DNA of 64,000 nt from the human T2T-CHM13v2.0 reference genome, Homo sapiens. Shown in pieces: positions 14,146-26,822 of this stretch. The notes below the pieces were generated by a model. That model was given only the letters and a program-made list of their open reading frames with translations. It did not search any database and was not told where the DNA came from. Positions within the stretch are counted from its first letter, which is position 1; every line of letters begins with the position of its first letter. The stretch is taken from the NCBI RefSeq assembly GCF_009914755.1, contig NC_060927.1. The stretch is one strand, 5' to 3'. The translations under genes were made by a program, and so were the position numbers.

Positions 14146-15186
14146 TTTTTTTTTTTTACTTTTATTTTAAGTTCAGGGGTACATGTGCAGGACGTGCAGA
14201 TTTGTTACATAGGTCTAACGTGAGTTATGGGTGTTTGTTGTACAGATTATTTTATCAGCTAGGTATTAAGCCTTGTATCCACTAGTTATCTTTCCTGATC
14301 ATCTCCCACCTTCAGTAGGCCCCAGTATGAAATGTTCTCCTTTATGTGTCCACGTGTTCTCACAATTTAGCTCCCACTTATAAGTGAGAACACACAGTAT
14401 TTGGTTTTCTGTTACTGCATTAAACTACTAAGGATAATGGCCTCCAGCATCATCTATTTCCCTACAGAGGACATGAACTTATTCTTTTTTATGGCTGCAC
14501 AGTATTCCATGGCGTAGATGTACCACATTTTCTTTATCCAGTCTATTATTGATCGTCATTTAGGTTGATTCCATGTATAATATTTGTTATTGTGAATAGT
14601 GCTGCAATCAGCATATGTGTGCATGTGTCTTTATAATAGAATGATTTATATGCCTTGGCATCTATATCCAGTAATGGGATTGGTGGGTCAAATGGTAATT
14701 CTTTCTTTAGGTCTTTGAGAAATCACCACACTGTCTTCCACAATGGTTAAACTAGTTTACACTCTCATCAACAATGTAAGGGTGTTCCTTTTTCTCTACA
14801 ACCTCACCAACATCTGTTATTTTTTGACTTTTTCATATTAGTCATTCTAACTGGTGTGAATTGGTATCTCATTGTGGTTTTGATTTGCATTTCTCTAATG
14901 ATCAGTGATATTGAGCTTTTTCCATATGTTTATCAGCCACACATATGTCTTCTTTTGAGAAGTGTCTTTTCATGTCCTTTGCCCATTTTTCAAAAGTTGC
15001 TTATTTTCTTGTAAATTTGTTTATGTTCTTTATAGATGCTATATATTAGACTGTTGCCAGTTGTACAGTTTGCAAAATTTTTCTCCCATTCTACATGTTG
15101 TCTGTTTATTCTGTTGATAATTTTATTTGCTGTGCAGAAGCTTTTTGGTTTAATTGGATCCCATTTGTCATTTTTTACTTTTGTTG
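14146..15186 (-). mobile_element. 5'-truncated L1PA13-16-type element
   Basis: Poly-T then 'ttttattttaagttcaggggtacatgtgcag...tacagattattttatc'; ORF 14990-15190 resembles L1 ORF2; imperfect 15-bp TSD gtatttatggttttt/gcatttgtggttctt. Confidence 0.9.
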
Positions 15187-16277
15187 GCATTTGTGGTTCT
15201 TAAGAATATTTACAGCATCTAGTACTCAATTAAATAACAGTAAATATAGGTTTATTATTAGCATTATTATTACTTTTGCTCTACACACCTTAGAATGTTA
15301 TTTACTTGTTTCTGCTCATATATATGTATATCTTTTAATGAGTTTCGTCTTCTAATGTCAAAGTCAAGGTAGATGGTAGAAATGGGGGCAACAAAACCTT
15401 TATTTTTAAAATTGTCTTGTTTGTCCCATTAATTAAGCATCAGCAGTTTCATTTTGTTTTAGAACTCTTCAACTCTTCTTTGCCAAAACTCAGTCAAATG
15501 TCCTTATTTGGCTACAAGGCAGGCCATGATAATTTAACCATGTGTCTGTAGCTGTTAAATGTAAAACAACTATGAGAATCAGATTTCTATCCAATTAAAA
15601 TAGTTCTTCCAACTAGTCATTTTCACAGTTTGTGACTAGTTTGACAGGCTACTATCTTTTCTGTGTAGCAACGATACATACTTGTTTAACATTAAACTAT
15701 GGTTTTGTGATTTTTACATATTTGAGAGAATGAAAAGAATATAAAATTTCCAATGAGGCTTTACTGAGGACGTAATTCAAAGGAATAGAAAACTTCTAAA
15801 AATCTTTCAAATTGATTGTCAATTAATGGGTTGTTATTCCTGAAAAATAATTAATAACTTAATTTTTTAAACATCACTGACAATATCTTATCAATGGATC
15901 AATCAGATATTAAAATTCAACAAGTTGAATAAAATATAAAGCCATTTCTACATAAATATGAATTAAGGTAGCATTTCTGAGAGAAAATTTTTAAAAAACT
16001 AACAATATTGGCATGCAGATATAATTCTGTATAATGTGTTGAAGATTCAGTGATAGTGTTTATTATAAAATAAACAGTTTTGTATAGGATTGTTGGAGTA
16101 ATACATTAACTATATTTTAAATATTGTAATTGAGTTATCATTTTACTACATAATTATTATTTGGATGGGAAATCGAGTATATAAAACAAATACAAGGGCA
16201 ACACATTATTATAAATGATAATATTTTATGAATACCAAATGATGTGTTTGTAATGGTTCAAAAACAAGTACTCAGAA

Positions 16278-16309
16278 AATAAATAAATAAATAAATAAAT
16301 AAATAAATC
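16278..16309 (+). repeat. (AAAT)n microsatellite
   Basis: Direct reading. Confidence 0.9.
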
Positions 16310-16483
16310 TTTATTAAAAGTAATTTAGGCTGACTTCAGTATTTCACCACATATAATTCATTTGTGCATGAAGTATACCTCAAATTATAAATTGAATATA
16401 TAGTTATCAAAGTTCAATAAGGAAAACAACAAAAACAAAAGTTCAGATATTTTCAGCAGAAATATAGAGAAATAAGTACTTAC

Positions 16484-16788
16484 AAATTGTTGGAAGTACA
16501 GGAGAAACAGATGTCAAGTGAGGATGTTACCCCCAAATAAGGAAACTTCAGGAGGCTGCAGATGAACCCAGGGTGATCTACATATTTGAAACCAGATAAT
16601 AAAAATGGATCATGAAGTCTAAGAAAGATGTAAGAATCCTGGGTTAATTTTGCAGCCAGCGTCTTCCGAATCCCACCCAAATACCTCTTAGTAGAGGAAT
16701 CTAAAGAAGAGATACACTGGGAATGGATTTCAGAAAATGTATTTCGTATTTCCATCACTTGAATACATTTGGGGGATGTGAGGATAAC
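16484..16788 (-). other. Candidate exon, open in one frame
   Basis: Minus-strand acceptor 'tctattgtctgcAG|G' and donor 'TTT|GTAAGT' bracket almost exactly the ORF 16480-16806; no TE recognised. Confidence 0.25.
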
Positions 16789-17899
16789 CTGCAGACAATA
16801 GACCATAATTGGTACAAAAGCACATGTTTAAACTCACCAAGATACTGTATTACTTAAAGATTTGCTACATGCTTTATGTTATATTTTACAAAGCTAATTA
16901 TTTATTTTATTTTAAATTAAAACCTATAACGTAACTATTATATGCTAGGACTTATTATAATATAATGTGGAGTGGCAAATCAAGAGAGTAAAATATTATT
17001 TTATAAAGCATAGCACATTTATTAAAATGTATAGCATATCAATCTTATAAATCCATAGCATCATGAAACGCAGATATTAGAGGGAGGATCCATGTGTAGG
17101 AAAGTATATTTCTTAAATTGGGTTCTGGAAGCGTGAACTTACCTTTCTATAAATTATAGTGTAAATTGAAAGGACATTGTTAAAAATATTTTTATCTTAT
17201 TGAAACCTTGAATTTCCTTGAGCTTTTCAATTTTATATAAGAAAATATAACAATCTTGTGATAAAAACATGAAATTCCTACAGGATACAGAGCTATATCT
17301 ACCATCACAGTTTCAACAGGGAGATAAAAGAAAGTTGACAGTAACTTTGAAAGGCATTTATTACTACAGCCCTGAGGATTGTAAAGCTCTTAAGTTGGCT
17401 GTGCTGAATTTAACAATGAAAGGAGTTACATGTTTGTTCTCTTTATCAGCCCCAAGGGAGTAGTATGTTTTAAAATAATATGTTATTTTATGTAAGTAAA
17501 GGTTTGGGCAGAAGTTCTACACATCTATTAAGGTGATGTTTACACATTTTTTTCTTTAGAGGAAGTGTAGAAATTCTGGGCTTCTTTTAAAGTATAAAAT
17601 AAGTTGTAAAAACATCAAATCCCAATAAATCTTTAACCATACATTATTATATTTATATATTCCATGTAATTATATAGCACATGTAATCTATAAAATGTAT
17701 ACAATATAATTATAATCTATAGTATTACATATTAATATATATGAATATATGTATTTATATATAATAGTGACTTGTAAAACTTGCAAAACATGCTTTCTCT
17801 CCTTAGCATTGTCAAAATAAAATGGAAAATATTAGTGTACAATATTATGCTCAAAAATATTATTTTTCATAGACCATTTCAAAATCATAAACTGAAGTA

Positions 17900-19490
17900 T
17901 GTATCTGGCAAGGAAGTATTAAGAGACACTCCAAATACTCTCCTTGGTGCGAGACACAGTCCTCTTGCCCTCATTGTCTAGTAGCAACTGAATTTCCCCT
18001 TCGTAATTTGATCACTCTATCCCTTAGAGCCCCTCCTTTTTCTGCTTGTTGGTTCGGTGGCATAGGAATGAAGAAAAGCAAAAATTCTGCAAGTATCTAC
18101 TAGTGAGAGGAGCCACTTCCTCTACTATTAGATAGTAGCAGAATTCTACTCTTTGAGTTCTAGATCCACATATCCTGGATATGGGGGAGAAAGCACCGAT
18201 CATAGTAGTCCCTGCTTATCAGTAGGGAATGAATTCTAAGACGCCCAGTGGATGACTGAAACCGTGGACTGTACCAAACCCTATATATGCCATTTTTCCT
18301 ATACCTACATACTTATGATAAAGTTAAAATTAACACAGTAAAAAATTAGCAACAATGATAAATAATAAATACTAATAAAATAGAAAAAGTATAATGATAT
18401 ATGGTCATGAATGTTATGTGAATGTAGACTCTGTCTCTCTGAAAATACTGTAAGACAATGTTTGATCATGGATAACTGAAATTGCAGAAAGCAAAACCAC
18501 AAATAAGGGGGCACAACTTTAATAATGCTAATTCAATATACATGTAGCAACTGCAAGACAATATCCTAGTTTTTTCAGGTAGTTATCTTCCACTTGGTAC
18601 TGTAACTGAGTCTTCAGCAAGCAATTCTACCTTTCAGTTAGGTAATTGAATGTCTGTTGTTGAGGTAATGTGTAGCCTTCTTGTCTGCCACCATGGCCAG
18701 TATATTTATGCATCCATTGACCAAGCACAGGAATGACCAAGAAAAGACTTATGACATCCACAGAACATGGCATTTTGTTCACCTCATTATTAAAATCCTT
18801 CTCTGTTATGGATACTATGTGTCTCCAAACATATGGGACACAAACCTCTTCACAGTGTAGGCTTCTTCTGGAAATTTCATTATGATACTTTTTTCACTTA
18901 TTACTAATCTTCCAATCCTGTTTCATCCAAACAAACCATAGTACTTCCCCTAAATCAATGCAAATCGGTGTTTCTGGTCACCTATCACATATCTATAAAT
19001 TATAGTATAAATTGAAAGGTCACCTATCACTTCATACATAATAGGCCTCCAAAAGTACCCTTCAAAGTTCTGCTTACTAGAAGGATGTTCTTTCACCACT
19101 GTCCTTCAAGGTAACCTGTGAAAGTGTGTAGTGTTGTATTTGTCCACTTTCAGATGGTATCAGCATGTCAGACATAACCACATATAAATCAGGCTGAAGA
19201 TTTTCTTTTCCCTCAATCAACTGTTCAAGAAGAGTACCCTAGCAGTACATAAACATGGATTTAGGCAGGGAGGGCAATGCAACAGGAGTTGGTATTGATG
19301 TGGTCTGAGCCCCCTGCTTATGCAACTTACTTATACCTTCCAGATCTACCTCTGCTTAATAGCTTATTTATCATTTTTCTTTACTAATATTTTGCTATGG
19401 CACATGCAGAAATTTATGGCTAGATGCTTGACACAATATCAATTTCATAATGAGACCTTAAGCTGCATGGTCACCTGCTGCCCTGCCTCC
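17900..19490 (-). mobile_element. ERVL-MaLR (MLT1-int-like) internal sequence, interrupted by MER44
   Basis: Typical reverse-strand motifs 'gtaactgagtcttcagcaagcaattctacc', 'ttcaaagttctgcttactagaaggatgttctttcaccactgtccttcaagg'. Confidence 0.65.
18203..18519 (-). mobile_element. MER44A (Tigger7-derived MITE)
   Basis: TIRs 'tagtagtccctgcttatc' and 'aataagggggcacaactt'; internal 'cccagtggatgactgaaaccgtggactgtaccaaaccctatata'. Confidence 0.85.
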
Positions 19491-20472
19491 ACAGCAGGAT
19501 GTGCAAAGGGATAGAGGTGTTGGACATAGGGTTGGGGATTCATTAACAAAATGTATTATAGACATATAATGGTTACTGAGTAAATATTTCTTACTATATG
19601 ATTCTAGCATATCAGCATGACTTTTATATATTAGGAAAAGTATACTTTTAAAAGATTATCAAAATGTTCAAATTTCAAATTTACGTAAAAACAAAAATAT
19701 CAATATATCTTGGTTTTGTTTAAGGACCAAATAGTTAGGTCATTAACATATAAACATATCAATTTTTCCCCAGATTAAACCCATAATATTCTCCAATATT
19801 TAATGATAATTACATGTACTCTGAATAATTTTTAAAACATGGGTATTTATGGACTTGTTTAGTCATTGAATATGATGGAATAAATAACAATCTATTATTT
19901 AAATTGCTTTACTTAAATAGCTATTTTTATAGATATTAAGATTTTCTATTATTTAAACAGCTATTATTGTAGATATTGAAATTTTTAATATTTGGAAGAA
20001 TAAACTACAGTAAACCCAACCATTAATCTTTTTCAAAAATTTTAATTAAGAATTTCAAAGAGAAAGTAAAAATGTCCATAAAACCATCTGATACAAATGG
20101 TCAGACTGGACCCTATAGCATAATGAATAAACTAGCATAAATAAGATATTAATAATGAAGTGCAGATATTTCAAATGTAATATAATTAAGGGAAAGGCTT
20201 CTGCAGCCTCAATACAAAACAAGTTTTCCTTGAATTTCTGAGCTCTGAGTAGTTTACTACCAAATGGTTTAAAAAGGCCAACTCAGGTGTGCAATTTTAA
20301 ATTGTTTGGGAAAATAAAATAGATGGATGTTGCACTCTGTGCCATATATTTATATATATACACGTATATGAAAAAAGCATCTCAGAAATTATAAAGTACT
20401 CAAAATAATTTTACCTCATTCTCTATGATTTATGGGCAATATAGACATTCTTCTAATCAACAAGAATGCATG

Positions 20473-20823
20473 TGATATGGTTTGGCTGTTTCCTCATCCA
20501 AATCTCATCTTGAATTATAGTTCCCATAATCCCCACATGTCCTGGGAGGGACCTGGTGGGAGGTAATTAAATCTTGTTCATGCTGTTTTTGTGATAGTGA
20601 ATAAGCCTCACAAGATCTGTTGGTTTTATAAAGGGCAGTTCCCCTGCACATGCCCTCTTGCCTACAGGCATGTAAGACATGCCTTTGCTCCTCTTTTGCT
20701 TTCTGTTGTGATTGTGAGGCCTCCTCAGCCGTGTTGAACTGTGAGTCAATTAAACCTCTTTTCTTTATAAATTACGCAGTCTGAGGAATGTCTTTAGTAG
20801 CAGCGTGAGAACGGACTGATACA
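20473..20823 (+). mobile_element. THE1B/THE1C solo LTR
   Basis: 'tgatatggtttggctg...aaatctcatcttgaatt' through 'gcgtgagaacggactgataca'; TSD gcatg/tcatg. Confidence 0.92.
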
Positions 20824-21159
20824 TCATGCCATATAAAAATTTAAACACTGTAAAAATACATCAAAACTTACTATAAAGGATGCATTTTAGAAAGAAAATT
20901 TAACTAAATGTATAGCCATTTTGATTGAGGGAGAAAGGAAAGAAAGTTATCCAGGGACCTACATTTTTACCAAACAATTCCAAATAAAGAAAATAAAAGT
21001 AGTAAGAATTTTATATTTATCTTTGTAAATCAATGAGTTTTGGAGTGGTATGGCACATGATTGACAACTAGAACCATTACTCTCCTTTATTCCAGTATTT
21101 TAAATAATTTGGGATTATATATCAAAATATGATCAGGTAATTGTTCCCAGGTCAGCAGT

Positions 21160-21574
21160 TGTATTTAGTCAGCTCAGGCTTTCCTAACAAAATACCACAC
21201 ACAGGATGGCTTAAACATAGAAATTTACTATCTCCCAGTTGTTGAGGTGAGATGTCCAAGATCAAGACGTTGATAGGTTGGACAGTCTTGGTATCTTCTG
21301 AAGCCTCTAGCTTTGCATTGCAGATGAGTCCTTCTCTCTGTGTCTCACATGGTCTTTTCTCTGTGCATATGCATCCTGGCGTCTCTTCATGTGTCTAAAT
21401 GTCCTCTTCATATAAAGACACCAGTCAGATTGGTTCATGGTCCAACCTAATAGCTTCATTTTAACATTATGTCCTCGTTAAAGAATTTATATACAAATAT
21501 AATCTCAATCTGAGGTACTGGGGGTTAGGGCTTCAACATACAAATTTTGGGAAGACACAATTCAGCCCATAACA
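21160..21574 (-). mobile_element. MLT1B-type MaLR solo LTR
   Basis: 'tgtatttagtcagctcaggct...aacaaaataccac' through 'gaggtactgggggttagggcttcaacata...gacacaattcagcccataaca'. Confidence 0.85.
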
Positions 21575-23287
21575 ACTGTGAAATTTGAAACCTCCCTCAG
21601 AAGCAAGGCTGTGGGTTGTTTGAGATTTAGGACCCAGGCGTAGAGTTGAGGAGAGGGTCAAGTTTGAAAGAGACAGGAGAGAGTGAAAAATTTGTCACCA
21701 CAAATCTTTCCTGATTTCCCGTTCCTTTTTATCTTTTTGTGGCAAAATTTTATCTATATATCTTTCTATCTGTCTATCTACCATACTAAGTGTAAATATT
21801 TCTTCCCTTCTACTTTTTTCTTCTATATCTGTTCTTCCTTACCCCTTGGTTTTGCCTACTTAGGAATACAACATACAAACACACATTCAAGTCCTGTGTA
21901 TACAAACATATGTTATCACTGGATGCCAAGTTTTTTTGTCTTATTTTGTTTTATTTTTTTTAAATCAAACAGAGAAAACATGGCAATACTTACTATTTAA
22001 ACTGCCAAACTTTTAAAAAGCAGACTGAGATATATTCTAACAAGGAAATGTCTCATTATACTCTGGAATTGCAAAGTGTGTGAGTAAAATACCTTAGGTT
22101 TAATTTTAACTTCCTTATACCAGAAGACTTTGGAGATGAAAAGCTTATTCTTGTAGTCTGGATGAAGTTGGGTTACTTAACTTTATTTTGTAGAATCTTG
22201 CCAGGTTTTATGAAATGGGAGCACACATCTTGCTATAATCTGTAAAATATACAAGGAACCCCTGAAAATGTAGTTCATATGGACATCAAATGTTTAACCT
22301 CGATGGGTAATGCAAAGAAAAAGGTAGAATATGAACTCTTAGCCATCCATTTGTCTGACAACATGAAATATGTCTGAAAGAGGTAAGACAGCCTTTTCTA
22401 AGTCATAATTGTATGAGGGCTGATTCTTACTGAGTTGGTTCTTACTTTTCAACACATCTTAATTGAAATTGGCAGTTGGGGAGTATTCTCTGTTGATATA
22501 TTAATCTTTAAAACTACTTAGAGAAATTATTTACCTTGAGAATTTATTCAAACACCTTTTATGGGAAGATGCCAAAACCTGCACTATAGAATACTAAGCA
22601 AATATAGTTTGCTCTATAGTTTGTTGAACTTAAGCATATACTGAACAGGAAGGGTTTCTTCTGGGGAGATTGTTTTCTTGTGTCAGTTTAGTTAATATTA
22701 ATTTTCTATATTGTTCAATATTAATTAGACTGTAACCCAGTATATATAGTAGAGTATTAGAAACTAAGAAATGAAAAGTTAAACCTATAAAAACAGTCAA
22801 ATATGGACAAGGTTTAACTTTCTGATTTCCTAGTTCAAAGTTCTAAAAAGGAGCCCTTTGTTTTCTTGCTTATCAGTAAAATCGCAAGCAAACCCTTACT
22901 TCTGTAGAATGGTCCTGCTTTTGTTGCTCTGATTTTTGCTCAGATTTATGTACATAATTTTTATAGCAGGGATGATCTCGTGATGCCCAGATTTTTGTAA
23001 GGAAAAGTAACCACAAGACTGACTCTAAACTCAAAAGACTTTTCTATTACACAGATATTACAGAAATTATCTTAATTCCTGTTTGTACTTTCAACATCTT
23101 TCAAACTGAAGCCTCCCAGAATTTCACAATTTATCAAGCACATATTGTCTATGCAAAGTGTAAAGAGGCAGTGGAATACATAAAATACATTGCCACTTTA
23201 TATCTCTGGTGATACTCCTAGGAACCAGAAGAAATACGGGTTTGTCGTTTTCACTTAAATCCAGTCCATTTTCATCAGTCCTTTTTT

Positions 23288-23341
23288 AAAAACAAATAAA
23301 AATAAATAAATAGGGAATGCTTCATGAATTTGCATGTCATC
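23288..23341 (-). pseudogene. U6 snRNA 3'-end retro-pseudogene fragment
   Basis: Minus strand GATGACATGCAAATTCATGAAGCATTCCCTATTT matches U6 nt ~72-105 (GATGACACGCAAATTCGTGAAGCGTTCCATATTT) at 30/34; 15-bp TSD. Confidence 0.85.
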
Positions 23342-24099
23342 AGTCCTTTTTAAAAGATAAGTAAATCAATTCTTCCATAAACTGTTCAAATTAAAACTAC
23401 CTGTATCCTTGAAGAATGCAGTTCAGTCACTGGAGATGTTGAGAATATTTTTCTTCAGCAAAAGAAAATAATTGATTTATTTTTGGAAAATAACCTATGA
23501 CTCATAATTTCTAATCATATGAAATCAATGGGTTAAATTACACAAATAATATAGTCACTTTTTTTATTTTTCCATTTTTTCCTTTCAGATATGTAAATAC
23601 TAAATATAACAACTGTTTTAGAATGTAATATTTATAAACCTTGCTAACTATTGGGATACACAGAGGATTCAATTGATAACCAAAGCTGTGACACAAATAT
23701 AAATAAAAATTATGCAAATTCTGACAAACAATATGTTATTTACCAGATAGGCAAAAACATATATTAGGTCTGAACATTTACATTTTAATTTTGCTTACAT
23801 TTCCATTTCACATTTACAATTACACCTTGGTGAGAAGTGGAAAGTTAAATTTTTTGCCATTTAGATGTAGGACTGGAGGTGAGGAAGAATGGTTCTGGAG
23901 ATGGCTACTATTCAGTCTAAGCCTTTCTGTATGGCTTAATGTTTTTGACATGTGTATTATGATAAAAATAAAAGGAAATTAACAAACCACTGAAACATAA
24001 GCATTGAACAAATATATATAAGGTGAATATAAAGCATAGATATTCAAGCCATATGTAATTTTGGAGAGAGTAGGCTTTTATGTATGAAGTCAATTTTAT

Positions 24100-24435
24100 T
24101 GTTGTTCAGATTGTTTACATCCTCTCCCTGGAGCCTCTTTCCTAAGCACAAGTAAACCTTCTACCACATTGATGTCAATGTTGCCTGTCCAGTGAGCTTT
24201 GTTCAGTAACATATGATGGGAAGTGATGTGAAGCACTTCTGAGCAGAAGATTTAAGGGCCCAGATAATGTCTTCTTCTTCAGCCAGATTCCTCAGATGAG
24301 GACAAGACTAGGGCTTCAGCTAACTCAGAAAAGATATGTATTGTGAACCAAAAGTAAGCATTGGCTTTTGTTAAGTCACTGAGATTCTGCAGTTATTGTT
24401 CTCCCGATACTGTATAGAATAATCTGACTGTTGTA
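24100..24435 (+). mobile_element. Old MaLR LTR (MLT1I/J-like)
   Basis: 'gggaagtgatgtgaagcacttctgagcagaagatttaag' and 'ttttgttaagtcactgagattc'. Confidence 0.6.
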
Positions 24436-24499
24436 TTCAGAGAGTACCTGGTTTATTATTTTTTATGTGCTTTTATTTCACTTATCATCTTTATACTTT

Positions 24500-25575
24500 A
24501 TAGGTAATCTTGTCTTTTCTATGATTTTACATACATACACCGTCTCTAAATCCACATCTCTATCTCATACTTCTGTCTTATACATTATAATATTTTAGTT
24601 TGCCCACCCTGTCACATCCATTTCATTGTCATATATGTGTCTGCTCCATGTACAGAGGGAGATTCTTGATTGTCCTCACCTTACCAACCTCCTGCTCTTC
24701 TATCCTGTCTTTCTCATCAAAGGAAATGGCACTACTATGTGTCAAGCCCTCCAAGCTACATCTGGAGATTACTCTTTGATCCCTCTCTTTCTTTTACCTA
24801 ATAAATTCAAACTATTAACATATTCTATACAATTTAACTTGAAAATATTTTGCAAATCCATTGACTTCTCTTTATATTCATGGCTGCAACTCTAGCCTAG
24901 GCTTCACAATCTTTCACTTATACTTCTGTGACAGTGTCTTCCTTTTTCCATTTTTGTTTTCCTCGATATTGTTTCCACAGTGAGCTTCTGAAATATAACT
25001 GATGAAATTACTTCTTGCTTAATAACAACAACAAACCTTCACTTTTATCTTTTATCTCTCTACATTTACACAGAACTCCAAAAGTCTCCCTCTGCCCCAA
25101 GGTTGTGCCTTATAGAACGTCTCTCAGCCCCGCTTATGCTCCTCACATCCTTGGCTCACCCTGATGCAGCCACCCTGGATTTCTCGTGGTTCTTAGAACA
25201 GGCCTACTGATTCTTTCCCAAAGCAGAGTTCTGTGCAAACTGTTTTCAATTCCTGGAAGAATTTCTCTCTTTAGTTTATTTGATCAACTCTCTCATTTTC
25301 AGGGATTCAAATTAAATAACAAATTCTTTAACAGGTTTTAAACGACTCACCTAATTAAAGTAGCTCACTCCCTCTACTTTTTCCTATCTCTTTTAAGAGA
25401 TGGATAATAATTCTCTGCTCTAAGTATTTCCTTCATTGTAACTAATGCAATTTGTTAACATTTATTTGTTTTCTTTGTTCCTTTGTTTTTCAGTCCATGT
25501 CTTCCCCCAACCCCAAGACTGCAAGTCTATGGCAGCAGTTGTGACAATAGTAGGACTCATTAAATAGAGAAATGA
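24500..25575 (+). mobile_element. L2 LINE 3' remnant
   Basis: 'ctcatcaaaggaaatggcactacta...tttgatccctctctttc', 'gctgcaactctagcctaggc', pyrimidine-rich L2 pattern. Confidence 0.6.
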
Positions 25576-26016
25576 TGTATTGTAGAATAAAAAGGTAGGA
25601 AAGATAACTGTAATGTTGTTTTAAAAATTATCTATTAATAAATCATTTAAATTATTTTCTTAACATTCACAAAAATCAATTTTGTATGGTGATTTTGGAA
25701 AGAAATTTTTTAAAATTAAAAATAAATATTTGCTGAAACTTAATTTTAAAAAACAAATATTTAACGTAGTTAAGATAATTTTCAAGAAAATACTTTTTCA
25801 CCTAGCATAGTTACCTATATATAAAGATATATTATAATCCCGTAAGAGCCCTGGCTTTTAATGTTACAATATGGAATATGGCAATATTTATACTGAAATA
25901 GCCCATCAAATTGAGACATTTAAATTTTAATATGAAGTTTGTTAGTTTTAATGTGTTTATAAATTATGCATACGGATATACATATGCAACAAATGTATAA
26001 ACACATTAAATACACG

Positions 26017-26120
26017 TATATATTTGTATATATGTATATATGTGTGTGTATATATGTGTGTATATATGTATATGTGTGTATATATGTATATGTATGTGTA
26101 TATATGTATATGTATGTGTG
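26017..26120 (+). repeat. Compound (TA)/(TG) microsatellite
   Basis: Direct reading. Confidence 0.9.
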
Positions 26121-26446
26121 AGTGTGTTATGTTCTCTTTGTTGTACCAAATAACATTTATACAGGGATTATTTCCTACTTCAAACAGTTTATTAATATTT
26201 TTCATTAAGTCAAATCGTATATGTATCAGAGAGCTTTCGATAACTGTGAGAAGAGATAAACAAAAAAACAATACCTAGGGTCCTTAGGAATCTAACATTC
26301 AGATTCTAATCATAGGAATAATCTGGAATCAAGTTGAGGTCTACATAGATCAAATGAATTACTCAAGTTCAAAAAATTGTCAATGAATAAAACCAGAAAT
26401 TTGTAGAAAGGAAATGAAAGAAAGGGTATTAAAATTTAATGAAGAG

Positions 26447-26822
26447 TGTCTTGGTCAATGACTGTCTGAGGCCAGCATGTGGGTGGTAAAGGGCTTTACC
26501 AAGACGGTAATGAGTTTAGAAAGATAAATTTATTTAAGGGAGGAGGGAGAGATACCTTGCAAAAGAGCAAAAGGCATGCCAGCAGAGGGAAGGCTGTCTG
26601 CTGTCTGCAAAGGGGCCGGGGCTGGAAGGGAGTTTTATAGGATTATGCTGCTTAGGCTGAATGCTTGCAGACCGGATGCTTGGGTAGACCATGAGCTGAG
26701 TGCCTGTAACCTTTTTGTGGTTGACTCCATTGCTTGAAACTTTCTCTCCTCTCTATCCCTGTTTCTTTTTTCTGCTGGCTAAGCCCCTTTTTCAATTTTC
26801 TTTTAACTCATTAGACTCCACA
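26447..26822 (-). mobile_element. 3' LTR of the provirus
   Basis: TG...CA; preceded on the minus strand by the polypurine tract 'tcaggggaaaa' (26823-26833). Confidence 0.88.

Noticed and set aside
15611-15641. 9-bp inverted repeat aactagtca/tgactagtt
   Set aside because: Too short to exceed chance in 64 kb
25957-26278. His/Ile/Tyr- and Cys/Val/Met-rich ORFs
   Set aside because: Translations of TA/TG microsatellites; likewise 27048-27314, 33842-34097, 42300-42581 and 46831-47028
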